64,000 nucleotides of DNA. It comes from a virus. Below are positions 38,737 to 48,458 of the stretch, piece by piece. Where the stretch lies: the IMG/VR virus record IMGVR_UViG_3300021141_000001. One strand, given 5' to 3'. The position numbers were made by a program, and so were the translations under genes. The notes below the pieces were generated by a model. The model was not told where the DNA came from. It ran no database searches and saw nothing but the letters and a program-made list of their open reading frames with translations. Each line of letters starts with the position of its first letter. Position 1 is the stretch's first letter.

Positions 38737-38911
38737 ATTCAAAAAATATATCTATAATATCTTGAAACTCTTTTCCAAAGTGTTTAAGACATAGTGTATA
38801 TATTTCTTCTTTCAACTCATATCCTTGTGAAAAAAGTTGGTGTACATAAGTTTCTATATCATCAACAGATGTATAGATGTTAAATTCGTCATAATCAGGT
38901 ACTAATAGCAT
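38726..38911 (-). CDS. Small hypothetical protein
   Basis: ORF; TAATATATA at 38934-42 (minus). Confidence 0.6.
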   Translation of the reverse strand: MLLVPDYDEFNIYTSVDDIETYVHQLFSQGYELKEEIYTLCLKHFGKEFQDIIDIFFEYED

Positions 38912-39021
38912 AATAAAGGAAGGTAATTTATTCTATATATTACGAAAAATCGCCAAAAATTTAGATTTTTCAAACATTTATCAAAAAAATCATATAAATT
39001 TTACAAAAAGATTAAAAAAGT

Positions 39022-40689
39022 ATGTCATTAAAAACGGATCTTGCCAAATACAAGCCTAGAAAGGAACAAAAAGAAGCTCTTAATTTTATAGAAGCTGAAT
39101 ATCAAAAGAATAAATTGAATAAATTTTTCTTACTAAATCTTCCAGTTGGTTCTGGTAAATCTCACTTAGCTTTAATGATTGCTGATTGGTATAAAAAGAA
39201 TGTTAATAAACTTGCTAAAGTTGATATCATTACTAATAGTAAACTTCTTCAAGACCAATATTCAAACGAATATGAATCTATTTCTGATTTGAAAGGTAAA
39301 GATAATTATGAATGTGAACAATACTCTTGTTCTTGTGCTCAAGGTGCTGAATTTAATCGTTTAAATAAAACATCTTGTGAATCTTGTCCTTATACTTCTG
39401 CTAAAGAATCTTTTATCAGTGGTAATATATCACTTACTAATTTTTACTTATACATTCTTTATGCTATCTATAATCCAAAATTATTAGAAAGTAGAGATTC
39501 AAGAGTTCTTATTGTCGATGAAGCTCATGAGTTTGATGATGTTATGTCTGACTTTATCACTATTAAAGTAACTGAAAATATGGTTAAAAGATTTAAGTTT
39601 GCTGATGAGTATTCTATTATGAAACAACTTAAAGCCGTTACTTCTATTTCAAATTATGTTGACTTTTTGAAATATCTTAATGGTGAAGTTTTAACGACAC
39701 TTGAATCTATGGAAAAAGGAATGTCAACTTCTCCAAGAAATGTTAAACAAGATAAAAGAGACTTAAAAATTAATAAACTTATTGGTGGTAAAAACTCTGA
39801 TGTTAAAACCATGCAATTGGCTACTGATTTAAGACAGTTACAATTAAAAATTGAAATCTTCTTAAAAGAGTATAAAGAAAATCCTAACAACTGGGTATTA
39901 GAAACTTATTATAATGAGAAGTTAAAACAAAAAGAATTGTCTTTGGAGCCTATTTGGGCTTATGATTACTTAGATAAGTATGTTTTTAGTAATTATGATA
40001 TGGTTATTCTTATGTCAGGTACTATTTTAGATAAGAACCTATTCTGTCAGTTAAATGGTTTAGACGTAGCTAAAGCTGTGTACTACTCAATTCGTTCACC
40101 GTTTAATCCTAAGAATCGACCTATCTTTTATATGCCTTTAGGTAAGATGTCTTATAAATCTAAAGAAGAAACATTTAAGAAGTATATTCCTTATATTAAG
40201 AAGTTATTAGATAAGTATAAAAATAAGAAAGGTATCATTCATACTAACTCATTTGAATTAGCTAAATGGATTGAACAATCAATTCGAGATCCAAGATTGA
40301 TATTTCACGACTCTTCTAATAAAGATGAAATGTTGAAACTTCATAAGGAATCAGAAGAACCAACAGTTATTGTTTCTCCTTCTATGGATACTGGAGTTTC
40401 TTTTGATAATGATGATGCTCGCTTTCAAATTATTGCTAAAGTTCCTTATCCTTCTTTAGGTTCTCAAAAGAATAAATTGAGACAATCAAATAATCCTGAT
40501 TGGTATGCTTGGAAAACAGTTTCTGGTTTAGTTCAGATGTCAGGTAGACCAGTTCGTTCAGAAATTGATTATGCTGATACTATTATCTTAGATGGTTCAT
40601 TTGGTGATGTTATTAAACACAGTTCACACTTTATACCGGATTGGATTCAAGAGGCTATTAAAAAGATAAACGTTAACATTAACGCATAA
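39022..40689 (+). CDS. DinG/Rad3-like SF2 helicase
   Basis: PRKEQ (Q motif), LPVGSGKS, LKGKDNYEC with Cys cluster, IVDEAH, MSGT, KVPYP, QMSGRPVR. Confidence 0.9.
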   Translation: MSLKTDLAKYKPRKEQKEALNFIEAEYQKNKLNKFFLLNLPVGSGKSHLALMIADWYKKNVNKLAKVDIITNSKLLQDQYSNEYESISDLKGKDNYECEQYSCSCAQGAEFNRLNKTSCESCPYTSAKESFISGNISLTNFYLYILYAIYNPKLLESRDSRVLIVDEAHEFDDVMSDFITIKVTENMVKRFKFADEYSIMKQLKAVTSISNYVDFLKYLNGEVLTTLESMEKGMSTSPRNVKQDKRDLKINKLIGGKNSDVKTMQLATDLRQLQLKIEIFLKEYKENPNNWVLETYYNEKLKQKELSLEPIWAYDYLDKYVFSNYDMVILMSGTILDKNLFCQLNGLDVAKAVYYSIRSPFNPKNRPIFYMPLGKMSYKSKEETFKKYIPYIKKLLDKYKNKKGIIHTNSFELAKWIEQSIRDPRLIFHDSSNKDEMLKLHKESEEPTVIVSPSMDTGVSFDNDDARFQIIAKVPYPSLGSQKNKLRQSNNPDWYAWKTVSGLVQMSGRPVRSEIDYADTIILDGSFGDVIKHSSHFIPDWIQEAIKKINVNINA

Positions 40690-40717
40690 AAAAACCCACT
40701 CATTTGAGTGGGTTTTT
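40688..40717. terminator. Bidirectional terminator (identical core to 49988-50017)
   Basis: AAAAACCCACTC-ATTT-GAGTGGGTTTTT. Confidence 0.85.
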
Positions 40718-40738
40718 GTTTTATATTAAATTTAAAAA

Positions 40739-41272
40739 TTATTTCTTTTTTGCTTCAATTGCTTTTCTTAATCCTTCAGGTAATTTAGATTGTGCTTTAG
40801 ATAAACCTTTAGTTTCCTTCTTATCATCTTTCTTATCATCTTTAGCGTCTTTAGCCGCTTTTTTCATAGATTCTTTTTTGTTACCATCTTTGTCTAAGTC
40901 TAAAAAGTCAGGTTTAGCTTTTTTGCCACCTTTTTCTTCTTTATCTTCTTTCTTATCAGCTTTTTTACCAGCTTTTTTATCTAAGTAAGCTTGAAAACCA
41001 GCGTTGATTTTTTTTCTCTCAACTACTTCGTCACCCCAAACTCTACCTCTTTCTTCTTCTCTTTCATCTTCGTAAGTATCTTCTTCTTCAGATTCTTCTC
41101 TTTCTTCTAATTCTTCTTCCTCTTCTTCAGAGTTGAAAATTTCTTCTTCTTCTTGATCAAAAGCTTGCTGATTTTCAGCAGGATTAGTCATAAGATTTTT
41201 ATTTTCCTCTTCTTCAGAGAATCTACCTAGGTCATGACCTGTGAAGTTTTCGAATTTTTTTAAGTATTTCAT
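40739..41272 (-). CDS. CTS-leader protein with acidic N-half and basic C-half (prohead core-like)
   Basis: MKYLKKFENF; KPDFLDLDKDGNKKESMKKAAKD motif; TAATATATA at 41298-306 (minus). Confidence 0.7.
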   Translation of the reverse strand: MKYLKKFENFTGHDLGRFSEEEENKNLMTNPAENQQAFDQEEEEIFNSEEEEEELEEREESEEEDTYEDEREEERGRVWGDEVVERKKINAGFQAYLDKKAGKKADKKEDKEEKGGKKAKPDFLDLDKDGNKKESMKKAAKDAKDDKKDDKKETKGLSKAQSKLPEGLRKAIEAKKK

Positions 41273-41402
41273 TTTAGCACAATAATTTTTTATAACTTAT
41301 ATATTAATTACAAAACATCAAATAACCTATTTTTCTTAGTTTCTTGAAAATATTTTGAAACTTTAAGAAAAATGATGGTAAATAAATAATATATACTTTA
41401 AT

Positions 41403-42191
41403 ATGAAGATTCAAAGATATACTGACTATACACTACAAAATGAAATGGCTGAAGAATTCTTAAACTCATTTGATAAAATGGTTAAAGAATCAGATGGTGG
41501 TACATCATATCAAAAAGTCGCTAAAAAAGTAATTTCAGACTTAAAGTTAAATGTTAGTTTAGTTGCCACATTTGGTGCTGGTATTGGTGCTCTTTATCCT
41601 GTTGTTCAAGGATTAATGGAAAATATGAATCTTGATTCATTTATTCTTACACCTGAATCAATTGTTCTATTAACATTATCTTCTGTTACTATAGCATATT
41701 TACAAGAGAAAAAATTCAAATCTGCTGAAGAAGAAGACCAACTAACAAAAGATTCTAAATCTATGTTAGAAGAGTTAAAAATGAAAGGATTTGGAAATGG
41801 TATAGTTAAAAAACTAATCAAAAGTCTAGAATCTGTTAAAAACATATTTTTGGTAATTGGTAAACATATAGGTGCTGTTATTGGTAGTATTGTGGATATG
41901 TTTGCTTATACTTCACTTTTAATTCCTTTATTGAATGGCGTTATGACTATAATACATAAATATGATTTGAATCTAGAAACACTTCCTCAAAATTTTCTAG
42001 GATTGGCTGTTGGTGTTGGTACTATTATAGCTAAACATGGTATTGTAGAAATTATAAACAGAATTAAAAATAAATTTCCTATTAATCCAAAAGAAGTTCT
42101 AGATGATATAGAAACTCCTGCTATTCAAAGATTTGCTACGTTTGGAGACTCAGAAGAGAAACAAGACGGTGATTTAATCAAGGAGCAATAA
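41403..42191 (+). CDS. CTS-leader multi-TM membrane protein
   Basis: MKIQRYTDY..QNE; about four hydrophobic segments; TAATATATA at 41387-95. Confidence 0.7.
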   Translation: MKIQRYTDYTLQNEMAEEFLNSFDKMVKESDGGTSYQKVAKKVISDLKLNVSLVATFGAGIGALYPVVQGLMENMNLDSFILTPESIVLLTLSSVTIAYLQEKKFKSAEEEDQLTKDSKSMLEELKMKGFGNGIVKKLIKSLESVKNIFLVIGKHIGAVIGSIVDMFAYTSLLIPLLNGVMTIIHKYDLNLETLPQNFLGLAVGVGTIIAKHGIVEIINRIKNKFPINPKEVLDDIETPAIQRFATFGDSEEKQDGDLIKEQ

Positions 42192-42248
42192 GTTTAAATC
42201 TAAACTTAGTCCTTTCATTTGATATAATATAAAAATGAAAATGGTTAA

Positions 42249-43583
42249 ATGACTCCACAACTGGAAAAAGTATTCTTTAATTTTATACTCAAGAACAAGA
42301 AGTACTTCGATATTGTAAAACCCTATTTTTTCAGAAACTCAGAAATCCAACTTGTATATGGTATTATTCGTGAGTATATGATTAAAGGTAATGATACTCA
42401 AACTCCGACACCTCGTCAGATTTTGGATATGGTTTCTTTAGATGATAAAGAAGGTGTTATTACAAAAGAGATTCTTAAATCTATTCTTCAAGTTGATCTT
42501 AAAGAATATGATGAGAAGAACTTTATCGAACCTAAGTTTAATGCTTGGATATTATCCAATCGTTTGAAAACGGGTACAGTTGATATTATTGACGAAACAA
42601 GAAATCTTGACTCTATTTCAGACTTTGAAAAGGCTGTTGAAGCCGCTGATAGAATTAGAAGTATAGTTGATGAGATGTCATCTACCAATTTTGTACAAGA
42701 CGATGATATGGGTTCTGACTTTGATGATCCTGAAAATCACGTTCAAGACTCCTCTAAATTTAAAGTAAAGTGTGGATTTGAATCTATTGACCATATGTTA
42801 GGTGGTGGTTGGGATATTTCCACATTAAATGTTGTAATGGCTGAGACTAATAACGGTAAGTCTCTCTGGATGCAAAATTTTGCTTTTAAGGCAGCAGATA
42901 TGGGTAACAATGTTCTTTATATTACACTTGAAATGAGTGAAAGAAAAGTTATGAAGAGAATTGGTGCTATGCGTTTAAGAATTCCTATTAATGATTATGA
43001 TGTAATGTCAAAAGACACTGAAATGATTAAGAAAAGAATTCAAAATCTTAGTAAACCAGATGGCAGTGGTGCTGACTTATTTGAAAGAAAAGTTGGTAAA
43101 ATCTACACTAAGTTTTGGGCGGCTGGTACAGCAACAGTAAATGACTTTGATAATTACATACAAAAGTTAAAAGAGAAAAAAGATATTAAAATTGACTTGG
43201 TTATTGTTGATTATATTACTCTTGTTACAGCTGGTAAAGTTGCTGCCGCTGATAACCTTTATACAAAAGGTAAATTTTTAGCAGAGGCTTTAAGAGCTTT
43301 AGGTGCTAAATATAAATGTCCGGTCATTACCGGTGTTCAAGTGGCTAAGGATGCTTGGAATTCAGCTGATATTACATTAGAAAGTGTTCCAGAATCTAAG
43401 GCAATAGCTGAAACTGCTGATACATTTTTTGCTATAATAAGAACAGAAGAAATGAAAAGGCAGAATATTTACAGATTCAAATTATTAAAACAAAGAGATG
43501 GTGATTTCTTAAAATCTCAAATCAAGTTGAATTTGAATTCTACATATCTGACTTTAGAAAACGACCAATTTATAGACCAGTAA
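42249..43583 (+). CDS. Replicative DnaB-like helicase (T4 gp41-like)
   Basis: MAETNNGKS, VLYITLEMSE, LVIVDYI, ESKAIAETAD, LLKQRDG. Confidence 0.9.
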   Translation: MTPQLEKVFFNFILKNKKYFDIVKPYFFRNSEIQLVYGIIREYMIKGNDTQTPTPRQILDMVSLDDKEGVITKEILKSILQVDLKEYDEKNFIEPKFNAWILSNRLKTGTVDIIDETRNLDSISDFEKAVEAADRIRSIVDEMSSTNFVQDDDMGSDFDDPENHVQDSSKFKVKCGFESIDHMLGGGWDISTLNVVMAETNNGKSLWMQNFAFKAADMGNNVLYITLEMSERKVMKRIGAMRLRIPINDYDVMSKDTEMIKKRIQNLSKPDGSGADLFERKVGKIYTKFWAAGTATVNDFDNYIQKLKEKKDIKIDLVIVDYITLVTAGKVAAADNLYTKGKFLAEALRALGAKYKCPVITGVQVAKDAWNSADITLESVPESKAIAETADTFFAIIRTEEMKRQNIYRFKLLKQRDGDFLKSQIKLNLNSTYLTLENDQFIDQ

Positions 43584-43611
43584 TTGGTTTAAAAAAAATT
43601 AAAAAAACTCT

Positions 43612-44586
43612 ATGGCTAAAAAAGTTAGAGATGATGAAGAATTCGATGATATAGAAAATGAATTCGATGAAGAATCAACTGAACAAGAATCAGTACCAGA
43701 AGATGACTCAGATGATAATGATTCTGATGATGAAGAAGGTGGTGGTTTAGGTCTTGATGATGATGATGAGAATATAGACATCATTATTGAGATTGATGAA
43801 GATGATCTTGATATCATTGAACCTGAATCGGAAGTAAAAACAGAAGAACCAGACCCAGATGAAGTTGTTCTTTCTAAACATAAATTAGAAGGTAAACACT
43901 CATTAAAATATGATTCTATTTTCAAAGGTAAAAAAGAAGATCCATTAGATGAAGAAGATGGTACAAGTTCTTTTGACACATATCATAAAGATACAATTGA
44001 AGTAGATAGATCTTCTAACTACTATTTTGAATCAATTGATAATGAAAAATACATAAGGTCTAAACAAGTAAAAGAAAGAGTATATGAAGTTCTTGAAAAA
44101 AATACATCAATTAATTTCTTGAACAATCGTAGAAAACCTTCTAGAACAGACTTTAATCAATACTACAATATTTTGAAAGATAATCTTCAAAGTGAAAGTT
44201 TTACTAATGTAGAATTGTTTAATGAATTAGCTGTTTATTTTTCTGATAATTTATTCAACATGTTTAAATTATTGGATAAAAAATGGAGAAATCTTATAAT
44301 TTTAGAATTACAAGACCATATTGGTAAAAATAATAATTCTAAAGAAATTACAAATAGAAATATTTATGAAGGTACTGAAATTGAATTTCAATGGCTTGAT
44401 GAATTTACAAACCATATGATTACAATAACTGGTGATGTGGTTGAAGTAGATTATGAAAATTCTAAGTTTAAAGTAAACTCATATGAAAGAATTTATGAAG
44501 TTAAATTAGAAATGATTAGTAAAATACTTAATAACACCAAGTTTAAGTATAATTTAAATAAACTTAATAATATTGATTTTCTATAA
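43612..44586 (+). CDS. Hypothetical protein with a long acidic N-terminus
   Basis: ORF; first ~120 aa are D/E-rich. Confidence 0.7.
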   Translation: MAKKVRDDEEFDDIENEFDEESTEQESVPEDDSDDNDSDDEEGGGLGLDDDDENIDIIIEIDEDDLDIIEPESEVKTEEPDPDEVVLSKHKLEGKHSLKYDSIFKGKKEDPLDEEDGTSSFDTYHKDTIEVDRSSNYYFESIDNEKYIRSKQVKERVYEVLEKNTSINFLNNRRKPSRTDFNQYYNILKDNLQSESFTNVELFNELAVYFSDNLFNMFKLLDKKWRNLIILELQDHIGKNNNSKEITNRNIYEGTEIEFQWLDEFTNHMITITGDVVEVDYENSKFKVNSYERIYEVKLEMISKILNNTKFKYNLNKLNNIDFL

Positions 44587-44685
44587 TTTTTCTGAGCAGT
44601 ATAAAAAACCTCAAAAAATTAAAATTTTAGATTTTTCAGTAAAAAAATGAACCAATATATAAAAGACAAAAAAATTAAATAAAAT

Positions 44686-47232
44686 ATGAATATAAAAGTA
44701 GTAAAAAGAAATGGGAAGAAAGAACCGGTAATGTTAGATAAAATCTTAGATAGAATCACTCAACAAACATATGGTTTAGACAAGTTAATTATTCCTTTTG
44801 AGGTGGCTCAAAAAGTAATTGAAGGTATTATGCCGGATATTAAAACACAAGTTTTGGACCAATTGGCAATGGAAACAGCAGCATCATTGGCAACTAAGCA
44901 TCCAGACTATTCTATATTAGCGGCTCGATTAGCAATCACAAACTTACACAAAGAAACTAAGAAAAGTTTTTCAGAAACTGTTACGGATTTGTATAAGTAT
45001 ATTGATCCAAAAACTGGTAAACATTCACCAATTGTTTCTGAATCATTTTATAGAATTGTTAAAAGACATGCTGATGAGATTGATTCGGCAATTGTTCACT
45101 CAAGAGACCATAACTTTGATTACTTTGGTTTCAAAACATTAGAGAAATCTTATCTTTTGAAATTAGATGGTAAAGTTGCTGAACGTCCTCAATATATGTA
45201 TATGAGAACAGCTCTTCAAGTATGGGGTGAGAATTTAGAAAAAGTTATTGAAACTTATAATACACTTTCAGAAGGATATTATACTCACGCAACTCCAACT
45301 TTATTTAATTCTGGTACAGGTAGACCACAATTATCATCTTGTTTCTTATTAGATTTAGAGTCTGATTCTATTGAAGGTATCTTTAATACTCTTAAAGAAT
45401 CTGCTCAAATTTCTAAGAATGCTGGTGGTATTGGTATTTCTTTCACTAAAGTTAGATCTAAAGGAACTTACATTGCTGGTACTAACGGTACTTCAAATGG
45501 TATTATTCCTTTCTTGAAAATCTTTAATGAAACAGCAAGAGCCGTTGACCAAGGTGGTGGTAAACGTAAAGGTTCAATTGCTATTTATATGGAGCCTTGG
45601 CATTCAGACATTATGGAATTCTTGGATCTTCGTAAAAACCAAGGTAAAGATGAAGTTCGTGCTCGTGATTTATTCTTGGCTATGTGGATGAATGACTTGT
45701 TCATGGAAAGAGTTGAACTTGATGAAGATTGGACTTTGATGTGTCCTCATGAGTGTTCTGGTTTAACAGAAACTTATGGTCAAGAATTCAGAGAACTTTA
45801 TACTAAATATGAAAATTTAGGAAAAGGTAAAAGAACTCTTAAAGCAAGAGAAGTTTGGAATAAAATTCTTGAATCTCAAATTGAAACAGGAACTCCTTAT
45901 ATTCTTTATAAAGATTCTATCAATGAGAAATCAAACCAAGCTAACATTGGTGTAGTTAGAAGTTCTAACTTATGTGCTGAAATCGTTGAAGCTACTGGTA
46001 TCACAAAAACTCAAGGTGAGATTTTGAAAAACAAAGAGTTACTTACTAAATTAGGATTAAGTGAGTTCTATGGCGAAGAATCAGTAAATGAAACTGCTGT
46101 TTGTAACTTGGCTTCAATCGCTTTGCCTAAGTTCATTAACAAAAACAAAACTTACAACTTCAATAAGTTATATGAAGTGGCTTATGCGGCTACAATTAAC
46201 TTAAACAATGTAATTGATGTTAATTTTTATCCATCACCTGCTGCTAAGTTCTCTAACTTATTACACAGACCAATTGGATTAGGTGTTCAAGGTTTAGCTG
46301 ATGTGTTCTTTATGTTAGGTTTACCTTATGAATCAGAAGAAGCTAAATCAATAAACAAAGAAATCTTTGAAACTATTTACTATGCTTCGATTAAAGCTTC
46401 TTGTGACTTAGCCAAAACTGAGGGTGCTTATGCTACTTATGAAGGTTCACCTATCTCTAAAGGTAAATTACAATTCGACCTATGGGCTGTTACTCCAACT
46501 AAGAGATGGGATTGGGATAAATTAAGAGAAGATATTAAAAAGTATGGTGTTAGAAATTCTTTAACAACTTGTATCATGCCAACTGCTTCTACAGCATCTA
46601 TTTTAGGTAATGAAGCATCTTGTGAAGCTCAAACTTCAAATATGTACACTCGTTCAGTTTTATCTGGTACTTTTATCTTAGTAAACAAATACTTAGTTAA
46701 AGAATTAGTTAAGTTAAACTTGTGGGGTGATACTTTAAGAAAGAAAATTATCAATGAGAATGGATCTATTCAGAATATACCTGAGGTTCCAACTAACTTA
46801 AAAGAAGTTTACAAAACAGTTTATGAAATTAAGCAAAGAGATGTTATTGATATGGCGGCTGATAGAGGTGCCTTTATTGACCAAACACAATCAATGAATA
46901 TCTTTATGGACTCTCCAAACTTTGCGAAGTTAACAGCCATGCATTTTTATGGTTGGGGAAGAAGAAACTTCATTATGAACGCTGATGGTACTCCTAATGT
47001 TCCTCAAGGTGAAACTATTGAAGTTATTTATGATAAAGATGGTAAACCAAGATGTTACCGTGATAAGAAATCAAATCTTAAAACAGGTATCTACTACTTG
47101 AGAAATAAAGCAGCATCTGATGCTGTTAAGTTCACAGTACAAGAAGAACAAAAGAAATCTGTTGACGAACAAATGGCTGAAATTAGTTGTTCACTTGATA
47201 ATCCAGATGATTGTTTAGCTTGTGGTTCTTAA
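44686..47232 (+). CDS. nrdA: Ribonucleoside-diphosphate reductase class Ia alpha subunit with ATP cone
   Basis: VVKRNG ATP cone, ATPTLFN, QLSSCFL, SSNLCAE, MPTAST, TGIYYLR, C-terminal CLACGS. Confidence 0.95.
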   Translation: MNIKVVKRNGKKEPVMLDKILDRITQQTYGLDKLIIPFEVAQKVIEGIMPDIKTQVLDQLAMETAASLATKHPDYSILAARLAITNLHKETKKSFSETVTDLYKYIDPKTGKHSPIVSESFYRIVKRHADEIDSAIVHSRDHNFDYFGFKTLEKSYLLKLDGKVAERPQYMYMRTALQVWGENLEKVIETYNTLSEGYYTHATPTLFNSGTGRPQLSSCFLLDLESDSIEGIFNTLKESAQISKNAGGIGISFTKVRSKGTYIAGTNGTSNGIIPFLKIFNETARAVDQGGGKRKGSIAIYMEPWHSDIMEFLDLRKNQGKDEVRARDLFLAMWMNDLFMERVELDEDWTLMCPHECSGLTETYGQEFRELYTKYENLGKGKRTLKAREVWNKILESQIETGTPYILYKDSINEKSNQANIGVVRSSNLCAEIVEATGITKTQGEILKNKELLTKLGLSEFYGEESVNETAVCNLASIALPKFINKNKTYNFNKLYEVAYAATINLNNVIDVNFYPSPAAKFSNLLHRPIGLGVQGLADVFFMLGLPYESEEAKSINKEIFETIYYASIKASCDLAKTEGAYATYEGSPISKGKLQFDLWAVTPTKRWDWDKLREDIKKYGVRNSLTTCIMPTASTASILGNEASCEAQTSNMYTRSVLSGTFILVNKYLVKELVKLNLWGDTLRKKIINENGSIQNIPEVPTNLKEVYKTVYEIKQRDVIDMAADRGAFIDQTQSMNIFMDSPNFAKLTAMHFYGWGRRNFIMNADGTPNVPQGETIEVIYDKDGKPRCYRDKKSNLKTGIYYLRNKAASDAVKFTVQEEQKKSVDEQMAEISCSLDNPDDCLACGS

Positions 47233-47248
47233 TCACTAAATAATATTG

Positions 47249-47279
47249 AAAAGGGATTGTGTGAACAATCCCTTTTTTT
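47249..47279 (+). terminator. Intrinsic terminator after nrdA
   Basis: AAAAGGGATTGT-GTGA-ACAATCCCTTTTTTT. Confidence 0.85.
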
Positions 47280-47308
47280 ATTATATAAATAAAAAGAAAA
47301 TTATTTTT

Positions 47309-47953
47309 ATGAATAAAATTGAGATAGAAGAAAAATTAGATAGAGGTTGGGTAATTGAGTTGATATCTAATGGATATACAACTTATGATATAGTTAATGA
47401 ATATGAATTAAATGAAGATACTATTTTAGAATGTACAGATCTTTTAGATAAAGAAGTACTTATACAAGGATTGAGTTTTTCTGAAGATTTTATAAACAAG
47501 GCACTAGAATTGGAATATTTTAACAATGAAGATATCTATGAATTGAATATGACTACCTATTCTAATTTATCTGATGAATTTATTACTGAATATAAAGAAA
47601 ATATAAATTGGGATAGAATGATACTTTATATCTCTACTCAATCAGATTCATTTGATAACCATACTAAAGTTATTGAAGATAAAAATCTTTGGTCTATTAT
47701 TAGTGCCAATGATTTATCAATTGATTTTATTAGACAATGGAAAGACAAATTAGATTGGTCTTACTTATCAATGGTTAAGTCATTTACTGATGAAGAAAAG
47801 TTAGAATTTGATAACTATATTATGACACCTGTTCAACAAGAACTACCTGGAGACTTAATAAATACTGATGATTTGAAAGTTACTGATAAAATGTCTGATG
47901 AAGAATTAGAAAACTTAATTGAGGAAATTTCAAAACATTTTGGAAAGTATTAG
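47309..47953 (+). CDS. Tryptophan-repeat-like hypothetical protein
   Basis: LS..FI..(Y/W)K..(I/L)(N/D)W repeats; ATG 47309 preferred. Confidence 0.6.
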   Translation: MNKIEIEEKLDRGWVIELISNGYTTYDIVNEYELNEDTILECTDLLDKEVLIQGLSFSEDFINKALELEYFNNEDIYELNMTTYSNLSDEFITEYKENINWDRMILYISTQSDSFDNHTKVIEDKNLWSIISANDLSIDFIRQWKDKLDWSYLSMVKSFTDEEKLEFDNYIMTPVQQELPGDLINTDDLKVTDKMSDEELENLIEEISKHFGKY

Positions 47954-48087
47954 TATAACTACTATCTTTGTAGAACTATAAACAATCCACCTTTGAAAAA
48001 AACGAAATTTTAGAGGTTGATATATACTAAACAAATTAAAAAAAACTTTTTTGAAGAAAATTAAAACTTTTTGATTTTCTGATATAA
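47939..48087 (+). promoter_or_regulatory. Stacked host-type, late-type and AAACTT/TATAA promoters upstream of the ncRNA-Ro60 locus
   Basis: TTTG-N20-TATCTTTG (47939-70); CTATAAACAATCCAC-N30-TATATA (47976-48026); AAACTT-N13-TATAA (48064-87). Confidence 0.55.
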
Positions 48088-48108
48088 AAGAAAGACAATT
48101 AAAATACT

Positions 48109-48171
48109 CCAGTAGTGAATTAGAGAGTTACTTCGGTTCAGAAAAAAACACTCTTTGATAGCTTACTCTGG
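48109..48171 (+). ncRNA. Candidate Y-like RNA 1
   Basis: Ends pair (CCAG/CTGG, bulged T, AGTGA/TTACT), inner stem TAGAGAGT/ACTCTTTG; shares TAGYGA-N9-WTACTTCG with the next element; upstream of Ro60. Confidence 0.55.
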
Positions 48172-48186
48172 TCAACATAATTAAAA

Positions 48187-48448
48187 CGCAAGCATAGCGA
48201 TAGTTTGAGATACTTCGATAAATATCAATTAAACTATGACAGCCAAAGTGCCTAGCAACAGCGAAGCTACCTTACAAGAACATTAAGATTCTTGACCAAG
48301 GTGAAAAAGTTTGGAAAGTACCACATTAAGGACTAAGGAATTCAGAAACTTCCTTTAAATAAAGAACTGAGTGATATGGTCACTACAACTATAGGCAAAG
48401 TTTCGGGAGAATTCTTTGTAACGCTTAGGCTAAATTTACTTGTTTGCG
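48187..48448 (+). ncRNA. Candidate Y-like RNA 2 with a ~190-nt structured insertion
   Basis: CGCAAGCA/TGTTTGCG outer stem, same core motif, nested stems GCCTAGC/GCTTAGGC, CGAAGCT/AGTTTCG, CAAGAA/TTCTTG. Confidence 0.55.
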
Positions 48449-48458
48449 ATAATTATAT

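Noticed and set aside
44686-47232. Intein in NrdA (also considered for PolB and DnaB)
   Set aside because: The insertions are only 30-35 aa and lack C/S...HN splice motifs.
48244-48435. Insertion as a group I or II intron, or RNase P RNA
   Set aside because: There is partial resemblance (GACTA/TGGTC, GTGCC...AT ends, GGAAAGT), but no terminal G, no convincing P4-P6, no group II domain V and no RNase P P4 partner; it is also short.
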